64,000 bases of DNA from Candidatus Bathyarchaeota archaeon (GTDB lineage: Archaea > Thermoproteota > Bathyarchaeia > TCS64). The stretch spans positions 372,452 through 436,451 of the forward strand of contig JASLYX010000001.1 of NCBI GenBank assembly GCA_030739585.1, given 5' to 3'. This document shows positions 39,168 to 49,874 of this stretch, one piece after another. Under the pieces are notes generated by a model, which was given only the letters and a program-made list of their open reading frames with translations, searched no databases and had not been told where the DNA came from. How positions within the stretch are numbered: the stretch's first letter is position 1; every line of letters starts with the position of its first letter. Both the position numbers and the translations under genes were made by a program.

Positions 39168-39961
39168 TGGCGAGCAAATCTGGCATAGTCTCACGGCTCA
39201 GGCGGAGAAAGATCCAAGAGGTCCTCAAAACGGGGAATCGGATGGACGGGAGGGCCCTAGATGAGTACAGGGAGATCATCTTAAAGACGAGCCCGCTGGA
39301 GAAGACCTCGGGCTCTGCTGAGGTAACTATTGGTAAGAGCAGGGTGCTCGTTGGCGTTAAGGTACAGATAGGTAGGCCCTTCGAGGACACCCCCGGGAGG
39401 GGGGTCCTGATGTGTAACGCCGAATTCACCCCCATAGCCCACCCTACGTTCGAGCCAGGTCGCCCAAGGGAGAATGCTATTGAGCTTGCTAGAGTGATCG
39501 ACAGGGGTCTACGCTCCGCGGAGATTCTCGACTTCGATAAACTCAGCCTCATTGACGGAAAATCGGTCTACATGGTGTTCGTCGACATCTACGTGTTGAG
39601 CTACGACGGAAATCTCTTTGATGCCGCTTCGCTTGCCGCGATGGCGGCGCTAAACACTACCAAGGGGCCAGTGCACACGGTTAAGAACGGCGTCATCGAG
39701 TTGACCAAGAAGACCAAGGCCCTAAAGATCCTCAAAAGTCCCCTAGCGGTTACTCTTGTGAAGATTGGGGACAATTTACTGGTTGATCCGACAGCTGACG
39801 AGGAGGAGGTCCTGGATGCGAGGCTTACGATAACCTTCGATGAGGACAACAACTTGTGCACAGTCCAGAAGGGTGGCTCAGGCGGCATTACGACTGAGGA
39901 GCTCCATGCGGCCCTGGACCTAGCCCAGGCTAAGGCTGTGGAGCTTAGGAAGCACCTTTAG
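39167..39961 (+). CDS. rrp42: Exosome complex component Rrp42 (inactive RNase PH)
   Basis: RMDGRALDEYREIILKTSPLEKTSGSAEVTIGKSRVLVGVK; start overlaps the rrp41 stop. Confidence 0.85.
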   Translation: MASKSGIVSRLRRRKIQEVLKTGNRMDGRALDEYREIILKTSPLEKTSGSAEVTIGKSRVLVGVKVQIGRPFEDTPGRGVLMCNAEFTPIAHPTFEPGRPRENAIELARVIDRGLRSAEILDFDKLSLIDGKSVYMVFVDIYVLSYDGNLFDAASLAAMAALNTTKGPVHTVKNGVIELTKKTKALKILKSPLAVTLVKIGDNLLVDPTADEEEVLDARLTITFDEDNNLCTVQKGGSGGITTEELHAALDLAQAKAVELRKHL

Positions 39962-39969
39962 GGGGTCGA

Positions 39970-40221
39970 TTGATGCCAAGGAAGAAGAAGACTTACGGTC
40001 TTAGGCTTAGGACCCGGGGTGGGATGTCAGTTCGGAAGCAGTGGACCCGGATAACCCAGACTAAGAGGGAAGCCAGCAGGTGTCCAAGCTGCGCGAGTCT
40101 CTCGGTGAAGAGAGACACGGTAGGAGTCTGGGACTGCAGCAAGTGCGGTTACCGATTTGCTGGTGGAGCTTACGTCCCTGCCACGAGGGTGGGTCAGGCT
40201 TCCCACAGGATTAGGTCATAG
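39970..40221 (+). CDS. rpl37ae: 50S ribosomal protein L37ae
   Basis: CPSC...VKRDTVGVWDCSKCGYRFAGGAY zinc-ribbon of L37ae; canonical position after rrp42. Confidence 0.85.
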   Translation: MMPRKKKTYGLRLRTRGGMSVRKQWTRITQTKREASRCPSCASLSVKRDTVGVWDCSKCGYRFAGGAYVPATRVGQASHRIRS

Positions 40222-40265
40222 GGGGACCTAATTTCCCCGTTTTATTATCTCCTTTTTGACTCCTA

Positions 40266-40529
40266 GTGAGAAGTATGGTCGGCACGGGGATGGTGATCGC
40301 CAAGGTTTGGGTCAATGTGCCTGATGGGATGTCTAGTCTCATTGAGGGTTCATTATCTCCCGAGGTGGAGCATCCAACCTCGGAGCGGTCCAGGGTAAAA
40401 GTTTCTGCGGTAGAGGGAAGGGTGGTTATATCCTTAGAGGCCTCTGATGTGGTAGCCTTGAGGGCGGCCCTGAACAGTTATTTGCGCTGGGTGGGGACTA
40501 TTTTGGATGTAGTGGACGTTGTCAGTTGA
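40266..40529 (+). CDS. pcc1: KEOPS complex Pcc1-like subunit
   Basis: 87 aa with the Pcc1-family C-terminal motif EASDVVALRAALNSYLRWVGT and membership in the exosome superoperon. Confidence 0.6.
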   Translation: MRSMVGTGMVIAKVWVNVPDGMSSLIEGSLSPEVEHPTSERSRVKVSAVEGRVVISLEASDVVALRAALNSYLRWVGTILDVVDVVS

Positions 40530-40651
40530 GGATCCGGGGCATATTTCTGGCCTTACTCCATGCACGCGGTGGGGTTAACTTGTTCCATTCACGGCAGCTA
40601 TGTCGTAAAGTATTAAACGATCCCCCTGCTCAGCCTATGCGTTGAACCAAT

Positions 40652-42142
40652 ATGAGCCTCTTCAGGTCTAGACTGGCAAAGGAGTTCACCGATAGGAGTG
40701 CCCGGTTCCACACCTCCGTCATCGAGGACCTCCGCATTCTAGATGATGATATCAACGGCACTGAGGCCCATAATATAATGCTTTACGAGCAGGGAATAAT
40801 CCCTCGAAAAGCTCTCTCTAAGATCCTTACGGCCCTTGAGGAGATCAGGAGTCAATGGAGCGCAGGGACTGTAGAGATTGGGGCCGAGTACGAGGACATC
40901 CACGAATATATCGAGGCGAAGGTCGTCGAGAAGGTCGGTTTACACGTGGGTGGCATGATCCATACAGGCAGGAGCAGGAACGACCAAGTTGTCGTAGATA
41001 TGCGCCTCAGGACCAGGGAGGAGCTCCTCGCGATAAACACCCAGCTTATTGGCCTTATCAAGGCCCTTCTCGGACTGGCAGAGGATAATGTAGAAACACT
41101 TATGATGCTCTACACTCACGGTCAGCACGCTCAGGTGGGTACCTTCGCTCATTACCTCGTCTCCTACGCTGACGCCTTCCTCAGAGACTCACTGCGCCTC
41201 TCAGAATGTTATAGCAGAGTTAATCTAAATCCCTTGGGATCTGGCCCTATCGGGGGGACCAGTATCAACGTTGACCGCAGGAAAACCATGGAACTCCTAG
41301 GATTCGATGGACTCATCGAGAACAGCATCGACGCCACTAGCAGCAGGGACTGGGCTGTTGAGACGGCCTCCGTCTGCGCAATTCTTATGGGGAACCTGAG
41401 CAGGTCTGCCGCTGACCTCCTAGAGTGGTCCAGCGTCGAGTTCTCCTATGTTGAACTCTCAGATGAGTACTCCTCCTCAAGTAGCATCATGCCCCAGAAA
41501 AAGAATCCCAGCACATTGGAGCTGATAAGGGGTAAGTCCTCAGAAGTCTACGGCTGCCTATGTGAGCTCCTCACCATGGTGAAGGGGGTGAACAGCGGAT
41601 ACTACCAGGACCTTCAGCAGACCAAAATACCTCTCTGGCGTTGCCTTGACACCACTAAGACAAGCCTCGATGTGATGACCGGCATCATATTAACACTTAC
41701 AGTGAACAAGGTGAAAATGCGGGAACGCCTAAAAGGGAGCCTTATAGTCGCAGTAGAGCTCGCAGAGACCTTTGTCACCGAAGCTGGTCTCAGCTTCAGA
41801 GAATCCTATCAGACAGCCGCCGCCCTAGTCAGAAAGGTTATCGACGAAGGAAGAAACCTCTCAGACCTTACACCCTCAGAAATCAACGCCGTTGCCATGA
41901 AGGTCTTGGGGAAGGGAGCCCAGATCAGCCAAGAGCATCTCAACCAGGCTACTGACCCTGAGGCATGTCTCATGAAGCGGAAGTCTGAGGGAAGTCCCCA
42001 CCCGGACCACGTGAATGCAATGCTCAATAAGAGGGCAATACTTGTGGAATCAATCTGGAATGGCCTCTTAGTTAAGAGCCAAAAGATCTCTGGGGCGCTT
42101 GATTCTTTAAAAATAAAAGTTGAAAGCTATATTGAGGGATGA
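40652..42142 (+). CDS. argH: Argininosuccinate lyase
   Basis: Fumarate-lyase family signature SSIMPQKKNP and ArgH-type HTGRSRNDQVVVD; N-terminus RFHTSVIEDLRIL resembles ArgH. Confidence 0.8.
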   Translation: MSLFRSRLAKEFTDRSARFHTSVIEDLRILDDDINGTEAHNIMLYEQGIIPRKALSKILTALEEIRSQWSAGTVEIGAEYEDIHEYIEAKVVEKVGLHVGGMIHTGRSRNDQVVVDMRLRTREELLAINTQLIGLIKALLGLAEDNVETLMMLYTHGQHAQVGTFAHYLVSYADAFLRDSLRLSECYSRVNLNPLGSGPIGGTSINVDRRKTMELLGFDGLIENSIDATSSRDWAVETASVCAILMGNLSRSAADLLEWSSVEFSYVELSDEYSSSSSIMPQKKNPSTLELIRGKSSEVYGCLCELLTMVKGVNSGYYQDLQQTKIPLWRCLDTTKTSLDVMTGIILTLTVNKVKMRERLKGSLIVAVELAETFVTEAGLSFRESYQTAAALVRKVIDEGRNLSDLTPSEINAVAMKVLGKGAQISQEHLNQATDPEACLMKRKSEGSPHPDHVNAMLNKRAILVESIWNGLLVKSQKISGALDSLKIKVESYIEG

Positions 42143-42393
42143 TCCCTCTAGAAAACCAAAGTGGCATCCATTATTTTTAGATGTCATGTATCTGTATTAA
42201 GTCCTTAGAAAGTATATTTGAGAAAAACCCAAGTTATGTATATGTGTTTGCCAGTCCCGCATTTATACATGCAAAATCATCACCACGCTGGCAAGCCTAT
42301 GGGTCTTACCCAAGGGCTTTTCCCTCTCTTCAATATCCAATAATTTTAAAAATTAGGCCCCCCCACGTTCTTCTTCAGGATGTTCCAAATTTA

Positions 42394-42714
42394 ATGGATG
42401 AAGTTGCTACAAGGGTTGAGGTCCTAAACGACATGGTTGAGTATCAGCATGGAGCTGTTGTGAGCAGGACAATCGTGGACAAGCCCCAGGGTTCGGTCTC
42501 CATCTTCGCATTCTCTAAGGGTGAGGGGCTTAGCGAACATACGACGCCGTACGACGCCTTAGTCCAGGTCATTGATGGCGAGGTGGAGATAACTATAGGG
42601 GGCAAGTCTTTCCACCTGAAAGAAGGTGAGGTAATCGTTATGCCGGCTAACATACCTCATGCACTAAGGGCGATAGGCCAGTTCAAAATGCTCCTCGTCA
42701 TGGTAAAGACCTAA
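42394..42714 (+). CDS. Cupin domain protein
   Basis: Single cupin barrel (SEHTTPYDALVQVIDGEVEITIGGKSFHLKEGEVIVMPANIPHAL). The first ATG inside the longer track ORF was chosen. Confidence 0.5.
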   Translation: MDEVATRVEVLNDMVEYQHGAVVSRTIVDKPQGSVSIFAFSKGEGLSEHTTPYDALVQVIDGEVEITIGGKSFHLKEGEVIVMPANIPHALRAIGQFKMLLVMVKT

Positions 42715-43172
42715 CCAAAACTAGAAAATGGTCTATTAGATCAACCTAATAAAACGTGCGCATAGGTTGTGCCTTGGCAGAGGCGCGTCTCGAGGTGCAC
42801 CTCCTCCGACTCATAAAGCTGGTTTGCACCATAAATGACCCCTCTTTCTAATGATATATAGCATCTTGGGGCTATGATACTATTTTTCTGATCTCTGTTG
42901 ATAACTGAGAAGATATAATTGAGTACCTTCTGGTCATCTCCTAAAACAGGATCGGTGAATCCCTTGGCTTCAAGCTTCGATGCATAACTTGAAGTTAGAT
43001 CCACAAGCTAACTCTTCTTTAGCAGTTCTCCAAGCTTATCTGGGTTGTATTTTTTGAGTCTCATTCAATTCACAAAAAATTGTATCATTTTTTATCTAAA
43101 CAGTGAGGATCTTCATCCCCATAGTTATGTTACTTTTATATCTTGAGGCGTGAGGAGTGATACCGTGATTGC

Positions 43173-43967
43173 ATGCCTATAATCACCCTCCTAACGGACT
43201 ATGGTATCAAGGACTCCTACGTCGCCGAGATAAAAGGAACCATCCTTAGAATCCTTCCCAATGCTACTATCGTCGACATCAGCCACGACATTGGGAACTT
43301 CAGCATCGATGAGGGTGCATTTCATTTAGCACGGAGCGTCCCCCACTTTCCTGAGAATACCGTCCATGTCGGTGTTGTCGACCCCGGAGTCGGGAGTAGT
43401 CGAAAGGGAATATTCATCAAGACAAAGGGGGCATGGCTCGTTGGCCCCGACAACGGCCTTCTTGCCCCTGCTGCTGAGCGCCTCGGCGTCGAGAATATCT
43501 ACGAGATCTCATACAGAGAGCTCCTTCCCGAAAAGATCTCGGACGTTTTCGATGGTCGGGACACATTTGGTCCCACAGGAGCCCTCCTCGCAAAAGGGGT
43601 GGACCCTGGACTGATCGGCCCCGAGATCAAAGACTATATCCGGATCCCCATGTACGTGCCGACCATAACGGATGACGGAGTCGAGGCTACCATCATCCAC
43701 GTGGATGGATTTGGCAATATGGTGACAAACATTACGTATGATGTGCTGAACCGAATGGGAGTCAACGTTGACTCTGTCTTCGATGTTGAGATCTCGGGAA
43801 AAAAGTTAAAATTACCTTATGTGCGGAGATTCTCAGCAGTACCTGAGGGAGAGCTTCTGACCGTTGTTGCTGGAGGCGGTTACATGGAGTTTGCCGTCAA
43901 TCAGGGTAACGCCCATAACCAGCTCGGCGTTGGGAAGGGCGAGAAGGTCCGTATCACCCTGAGGTAG
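43173..43967 (+). CDS. SAM hydroxide adenosyltransferase family protein (DUF62; fluorinase/chlorinase-like SAM hydrolase)
   Basis: MPIITLLTDYGIKDSYVAEIKG...VDISHDI...VHVGVVDPGVGSSRK matches the N-terminal signature of the family. Confidence 0.7.
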   Translation: MPIITLLTDYGIKDSYVAEIKGTILRILPNATIVDISHDIGNFSIDEGAFHLARSVPHFPENTVHVGVVDPGVGSSRKGIFIKTKGAWLVGPDNGLLAPAAERLGVENIYEISYRELLPEKISDVFDGRDTFGPTGALLAKGVDPGLIGPEIKDYIRIPMYVPTITDDGVEATIIHVDGFGNMVTNITYDVLNRMGVNVDSVFDVEISGKKLKLPYVRRFSAVPEGELLTVVAGGGYMEFAVNQGNAHNQLGVGKGEKVRITLR

Positions 43968-44452
43968 GCTCTTTAGATTGGATCGTTTCCCTCGGCTTTA
44001 TTCTTCCATTTTTCCAATGATAAATCCGAGACATTTTAGACTGCAGAGCCCCTCGCCTCGTTCTTAACAAATATTCTGGCGATTCCAAGGTTCTCTTTTA
44101 GATAATCGACTGGGAATAACGAAGCTGTGGAGATCTATAAGGATCATCTTCAGGTTTACTGTAGTCCTATTGACACGTGCTGAATGAAATAGTCTTACCT
44201 TGGCCAATATCTTAATGATAATCCTCCGAACGCGTTGTTGTATTTTTTTAGTCATAATGATTTATTCGAGAACAATAGTTTTGCACCTTAATATCTCATT
44301 AAAACGACGAAGCCTTGATTTTTTACACTCTAATGTAAATTTTTAAAGAATAATTTGTTACAAATGTCCTTATTACGATAAAGTCTTGGATAAAGTTTGA
44401 TTTCTTAGAAATACCTACTAACTGTTCGGGAACCGTAAACCCCAAGATCAAA

Positions 44453-44800
44453 GTGTTAGTGAATACCTCTATGCCAAACGGTCTCAATCATCGACAAGAC
44501 GGAGGAAATCTCGGGAACTCCGAGAATGGGTGTAGTGAGGATTTAGATCCACTAGATGAATTATTCCAACTGGACAATATAATGTGTACAGCATTAGAAA
44601 AGGAGGCTCTGGTGCTTCTAACCCAACTGTTCCAAAATATAGAGGAATATTACGCGCTGCGGGGGCAGATCAATGATGTTATGGTAAAGGACCATGTCTT
44701 GAAGGATAGGATAAAAGGCCTCTTGGACTCCCTCATAAAGGGGCTGCTTATGGAGCAAATCTACCTGGGAAAAGAGTTTACTGGTGTTACCACCCTGTGA
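44453..44800 (+). CDS. Hypothetical protein
   Basis: 115-aa ORF after an AT-rich spacer; no motif recognised. Confidence 0.3.
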   Translation: MLVNTSMPNGLNHRQDGGNLGNSENGCSEDLDPLDELFQLDNIMCTALEKEALVLLTQLFQNIEEYYALRGQINDVMVKDHVLKDRIKGLLDSLIKGLLMEQIYLGKEFTGVTTL

Positions 44801-45158
44801 ACCTAGATATTTCGCGCGTTATCACCATTCTTGGCTAACTTATGTCTTCTGAGTACCTCACCTTGGTCCTTCCCATGGGCTGACACTTTACGTAGCTGGG
44901 AGAGGTCTTCCTCAGCACTGGACTTTCAATGCGTTACCTCTTCTGAAGACAAAACATCGAGTGTAAAATAGCGTGAGAGAGAATCCTATAATCCTTATTG
45001 TTGGATGAATCTATCTTGATTTGTGAACTTGGAGTCCATCTCAATGAAGCCTTTTTTATTTAGACCTCTTGATGTAACCTATCTATTTCATTGAATAGAG
45101 TTATCGATTCTCGATAAATATGTTTACTGAGATTGATGAAGGGTGTCTTTAAACTCTC

Positions 45159-45977
45159 TCATCCCTCGCTATCGTGGCCGTACAACGATTTGGAGTCGTG
45201 TGTTCCTTGGAAGGAGTAGTGTCCTGACATTAACCCTCCGTCTACAAGGAAAATTTGCCCAGTGATCCATTCTGCTTCACTTGTGCATAGAAAAAGAACC
45301 ATGTTGGCGATATCAGATGGGACCCCGATGCGCCCTAGTGGCACCTGTTCCAAATAGCTGGTTCTGTATGCCTCGGACAGATTGATCTCTCCTCTTTGCA
45401 CGGGGACATCGATCAGCCCCGGAGCAACGGCATTGACATTAATCCCATGCTTGGCCAATTCCAAAGCTGCCACCTTTGTTAGCATATTCAAGCCTCCTTT
45501 GGATGAGCAATGGGGACCCGCTTTGAGTCTACCCATCACTGATGCAGCGGAGGATATGTTCACAATCTTACCCCCTCCCGTTTGAGCTATCATCCGTCGT
45601 CCGACGTGTTTGATAGTAAGAAACGGACCGGTGAGCTGGACCTCAATCTGCCTGTCCCAAGCCTCCCGCTCCATTTCAACAAGCAATTTGTGGACGCTAA
45701 TACCTGCGTTGTTTATCAAGATATCAATCCGTCCAAAATGATTCTGAACCTTCTCCACCAAGGTTCTTACTTGGTCTTCCTCTGTTACATCGGCGTTTAT
45801 CGATAGAGCCGTCCCCCCTGAGTTTACTATTTTATCTGCTGTTCTTTTTCCGGCCGAGTCGTTGATATCTGCGATTACCACCTTAGCCCCTTCAGCGGCG
45901 AATCTATTTGCTATGACTAATCCTATGCCGTTGCCCCCACCGGTCACAATGACTACTTTTCCGTTAAAGCGTTCCAT
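45159..45977 (-). CDS. SDR family NAD(P)-dependent oxidoreductase
   Basis: TGGGNGIG Rossmann motif, NNAG, catalytic S...YxxxK (SSKGGLN) pattern. Confidence 0.8.
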   Translation of the reverse strand: MERFNGKVVIVTGGGNGIGLVIANRFAAEGAKVVIADINDSAGKRTADKIVNSGGTALSINADVTEEDQVRTLVEKVQNHFGRIDILINNAGISVHKLLVEMEREAWDRQIEVQLTGPFLTIKHVGRRMIAQTGGGKIVNISSAASVMGRLKAGPHCSSKGGLNMLTKVAALELAKHGINVNAVAPGLIDVPVQRGEINLSEAYRTSYLEQVPLGRIGVPSDIANMVLFLCTSEAEWITGQIFLVDGGLMSGHYSFQGTHDSKSLYGHDSEG

Positions 45978-46192
45978 CCAGATTCATCCTTATATTTGCT
46001 GGAGTTTTTTTATAACATTATTGCGTACGCAAAATGGTTGTTCCACATAATTCAATAATTCCTCATTCGCTCAACACGGATGACGTGCAGGGTGTTCACA
46101 CGCACGCGAGCATGTAAAACATTGCACGCTATAATTAGATGTGATTTAAACTCAATTCTTATTTGTTCCTTCAATGAATACTATTGATCCTT

Positions 46193-46312
46193 ATGAGCCC
46201 TCGTACGGTCAGCTGCCCCGCGTGCGGCTATACTGCCAATATCCTGACCCGGCAGGGGAAGACTGAGCTCCGATGCCCTAAATGCAACAAGGATTTCTCA
46301 GTCTGGCAATGA
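46193..46312 (+). CDS. Small zinc-ribbon protein (39 aa), not in the ORF track because it is below the length cutoff
   Basis: Manual translation MSPRTVSCPACGYTANILTRQGKTELRCPKCNKDFSVWQ with two CxxC pairs; convergent with the downstream amidohydrolase. Confidence 0.4.
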   Translation: MSPRTVSCPACGYTANILTRQGKTELRCPKCNKDFSVWQ

Positions 46313-46324
46313 AGAAATTGGGGG

Positions 46325-48121
46325 CTATATACTCCTTTTCACTACTTTTCCCGATGCTAAGCCCGTATACTCGCCTTTCTTCACTGCAGCGGTGCCGTTG
46401 ACATAGACGTGCTCTATTCCCTCTGGGTATCGGCGAGTCTCAACAGGGTCTCCGGTGACCTTTAGACGGTCCCAGTCGAAAAGGACTATGTCGGCATAGC
46501 TTCCCGGCGTTAGTGTACCCCTCCCCTTAAGGCAGTGCTGCCTCGCTGCAGTGGTGGACATCTTGTCAATTGCCTCTTCGAGGCTGAGAAGTTTGGTCTC
46601 CTTGACATAATGGATAAGAAACCCTGGGAAGCCACTGAAAGCGTTTATTCCAGGCATCCTATAGGGTGGCATCTCCTGCGTTCTTGTGTGATCAACGAGT
46701 CTTTGGTCAAGGCTTAGGCATCCTGCGGGATGTTTGAAAAAGAGGGCCCTGTAGGGCTTCCACGGAAAGTTGCCGCTTTCTGCAACCCCTACTGCTACTC
46801 CTCGAGCGTGTGGATCCTCGCATACGAGGTCAAAGTAGGTTTGCAGCTTGGGTTTTTGGAGCTCCTCAGCTATGGTTCCCACTGTCTTGTTATTGTAATC
46901 TCTGTTCTTGTGTTTTACGACCCAGAGGTTCTCTGCCCACTGGGGGTTGGTGTTGGGGTTATAGGCGAGGCGGATAAACCACTTTCCCCCTGAGATGGCG
47001 TCAATAACCTCCTTCCGGTAATCAGGGACCTTGAGCCACTCAGCAAAGGCCTCTCGGCTTCCCTGCTCCCTGAGCCACGGGGTGAGCAGGCTGCTGAGAT
47101 AGGGCATGACCCCAAAGCCTGCAAAGATAAACCAGGGCATTGCGTCATAGGTAAGGTTGAGTCCCTCCTCCCTGGCGTCGTCGATGAACTGAAGGGTGGC
47201 CCTTATATTCATCTCCTCCATCATGTCGTTCCCCTCTGGGATAAGCCTCCACCCCGGAGTTAGGTGGGCAAGGTGGGTTGGGACACCGGTAATACGACAG
47301 GTCTCTATGCTTTCAAGGATGCCATCCACCTTGTTACTCCGGGTATCACCAAATTTGACGTCCCGGCGCCTCCCCGTCCTCCTCCAGTGGGGGCAGTAAA
47401 CAGAACCATCATACTCGTTGAGAACCTCTACGCAGGCGTTGATCTCATCTATATGGGCGTAGACGCTGGGATCGTAGTCAAGGCCACTGCTCATCCCAAT
47501 ACAGCCCTCGTCCATGGCATCCCGGATGAGCTTTTTCATCTCCCCAAGTTCCTCCTCGGTGCTGTGGCGCTTGTAGTCCTCTCCCATAACCCTGATCCTA
47601 ACGGTGCCCTGACCTACTAGTGGAGCCATATTTAAGCTAATTCCGATCGACTCAATCCTTTCGAACCACTCCCCCATTGTGTTCCAGTCCACGGTCCAGC
47701 CGTATTTCTCAGCCATGATCTCGTTAACCTTGTCCCGAGAGTAGAGCTGCTTCTCCGGGTAGTACTTATGGGGCTCGATCTTTTGGATGTGATCTCTGGC
47801 GAGGCCAGGGAGGCCGATCATGTTCCCGATTGGGGCAGCGGAGCCCCCGCACTGGCCCCCAACGAAGGTGGTAATACCCTGCATAATGTAGCTGTTCAGC
47901 CTCGGATAAAACAAGATGGTGTGATCGCTGTGGCTATGGGCGTCGATCCATCCCGGGGAGGCGATGAGTCCCTCAGCATTAACTACCTCTGCAGCATCCC
48001 CCTTCACCTCTCCAAGCGAAGTGATCCTGTCGCCCATGACCCCAATGGAACCAGTGTAGCTTTCCCTCCCGGTCCCGTCGACAATACGGGCGTTCTCGAT
48101 CAGAATATCATGATCAGACAT
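46325..48121 (-). CDS. Amidohydrolase-3 family, N-acyl-D-amino-acid deacylase (D-aminoacylase)-like, GC-rich paralog
   Basis: 598 aa; WIDAHSHSDHTILF HxH motif after an N-terminal beta-sandwich, as in 4953-6554 but with host-like composition. Confidence 0.7.
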   Translation of the reverse strand: MSDHDILIENARIVDGTGRESYTGSIGVMGDRITSLGEVKGDAAEVVNAEGLIASPGWIDAHSHSDHTILFYPRLNSYIMQGITTFVGGQCGGSAAPIGNMIGLPGLARDHIQKIEPHKYYPEKQLYSRDKVNEIMAEKYGWTVDWNTMGEWFERIESIGISLNMAPLVGQGTVRIRVMGEDYKRHSTEEELGEMKKLIRDAMDEGCIGMSSGLDYDPSVYAHIDEINACVEVLNEYDGSVYCPHWRRTGRRRDVKFGDTRSNKVDGILESIETCRITGVPTHLAHLTPGWRLIPEGNDMMEEMNIRATLQFIDDAREEGLNLTYDAMPWFIFAGFGVMPYLSSLLTPWLREQGSREAFAEWLKVPDYRKEVIDAISGGKWFIRLAYNPNTNPQWAENLWVVKHKNRDYNNKTVGTIAEELQKPKLQTYFDLVCEDPHARGVAVGVAESGNFPWKPYRALFFKHPAGCLSLDQRLVDHTRTQEMPPYRMPGINAFSGFPGFLIHYVKETKLLSLEEAIDKMSTTAARQHCLKGRGTLTPGSYADIVLFDWDRLKVTGDPVETRRYPEGIEHVYVNGTAAVKKGEYTGLASGKVVKRSI

Positions 48122-48690
48122 GTTGATGGAAATTGTTTCACCCGATATTTATTACTAGGTGTCTTGAATATCCCATCCCCAACAACGTACTTGTGGAAAA
48201 TGTTTTCTACTCAACTAGCATCTCTTGATAGGGACTGTTATATTGGATCTACTCCCCTTCTGAGGCACTGTGTTCCAAATTGGTAAAGTTGTACAGATTA
48301 GCGATTGGGTCTTTCCGGTCGATAACGATTGCATCAAAGACATAAGCAAGATAATAAAACTCAATGCGAAAACCTCAACATACAGAGTCATTGACGCCTA
48401 GAACAAGATAGTGATGCCAGGCCTATGAGACGAGAACCGCCACGCTGACTATGCCCTCCTCTGGAGCCTAGGATACTACAACATGCACTTAGACCAGCTC
48501 ACAACACATCTATGCTGAAGGCTCAACTGAGTGGTTGTGGCCTACCGGGGTAATCCTCACGGCTCTGTAGCGCCTTATGTTTAGGATAACTTGAAACCAC
48601 GCGTGCGAAGGTATGGGGGTTTGCGCGCGATTGAACCTCCCCAGAAAGTTATTTGAAGCTTAAAAACATCCTTATCAACAAGGATATTAA

Positions 48691-49836
48691 ATGAACTTCG
48701 AACTCACAGAGGAGCAAGAAGAGATCAAGCAGGCTGTCAGGGAGTTCGCTGAGAAGGAGTTCACTCCCGAGCTGGCCCGGGAGTACGACCGGAAGGAGGA
48801 GTTCCCTATGGAACTCTACAGGAAGGCAGCCCAGCTTGGATTCATCGGTCTCCACTTTGACGAAGAATACGGGGGCCAGGGCTACGGCCTTACTGAGCTT
48901 TGCCTTTGTATCGAGGAGCTCTGTCGGGCTGACTCTACCCTTGGCACCTCGATCCTCATCGGCTCCTTTGGGAGCGACATGATCCATATGTTTGGCACCG
49001 AATGGCAGATGCGAAAGTACCTTCCAAAGGTTATTTCCGGAGATTGGATATCCTCCGGGGCATTCACCGAGCCAGCCCGGGGCAGCGATATCACCATGGT
49101 CGATACTACGGCGGCTAAAGATGAAGATGGATATGTTGTCAACGGTTCCAAGACCCTCATAAGCAATGCCCCCATCGCCGACTTTGGGGTCATCCTCTGC
49201 CAGACCGACCCCGGGGTTCAGCATCGGGGGAGTAGCCTCCTTGTTTTAGACAAAGGGATCCCTGGCTTCGACAGTAATCCGATCCACGGCAAGATGGGAA
49301 TAAGGGCATCCCTAATAGGGGAGTACTCATTCAGCGATGTCAGGGTGCCTACCGAGGCCCTCGTCGGTGTCGAGAACATGGGATTTTACCACACCCTCGA
49401 GTTTCTCGATGTGGGGAGAGTCGCCGTCTCTGCCCAGGTCGTAGGGATGGCCCAGGGAGCCCTGGACAGGGCCCTCGCCTACGCCAAGGAGAGGAGGCAG
49501 TTCGACCGCCCCCTCACCGATTTCCAAGCCATCCAACATAAGATCGCCGATATTGCTACTAACATCGAGGCCGCCCGGTTAATGACCTACAAGGCCGCCT
49601 GGCACATTGACAAGGGGAGAATCATCCCAAAGTGGAGCTGCATGGCCAAGAACTTTGCAACAGTAGCCGCTGGCCGCAGCGTTTCCGAAGCCCTCCAAAT
49701 TTTCGGCGGATACGGCTACATATCGGAGTATGACATAGAGCGCATCTATAGGGATGTCAGGGTTACCGAAATCTACGAAGGCACCACAGAGATCCAAAAG
49801 AACATGGTCGCAAGATTCCTAATACGGGGAGAATGA
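48691..49836 (+). CDS. Acyl-CoA dehydrogenase
   Basis: MNFELTEEQEEIKQAVREFAEKEF start, ACAD middle/C-terminal domains, YEGTTEIQ near the C-terminus. Confidence 0.85.
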   Translation: MNFELTEEQEEIKQAVREFAEKEFTPELAREYDRKEEFPMELYRKAAQLGFIGLHFDEEYGGQGYGLTELCLCIEELCRADSTLGTSILIGSFGSDMIHMFGTEWQMRKYLPKVISGDWISSGAFTEPARGSDITMVDTTAAKDEDGYVVNGSKTLISNAPIADFGVILCQTDPGVQHRGSSLLVLDKGIPGFDSNPIHGKMGIRASLIGEYSFSDVRVPTEALVGVENMGFYHTLEFLDVGRVAVSAQVVGMAQGALDRALAYAKERRQFDRPLTDFQAIQHKIADIATNIEAARLMTYKAAWHIDKGRIIPKWSCMAKNFATVAAGRSVSEALQIFGGYGYISEYDIERIYRDVRVTEIYEGTTEIQKNMVARFLIRGE

Positions 49837-49874
49837 TCCCTTATCCCCTTCTTTCATATAAAAAAAAGAAAAAG

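Noticed and set aside
40222-40265. Expected rpoP (Rpo12) gene after rpl37ae
   Set aside because: The gap is only 44 bp and contains no CxxC mini-ORF; the gene is absent from this position.
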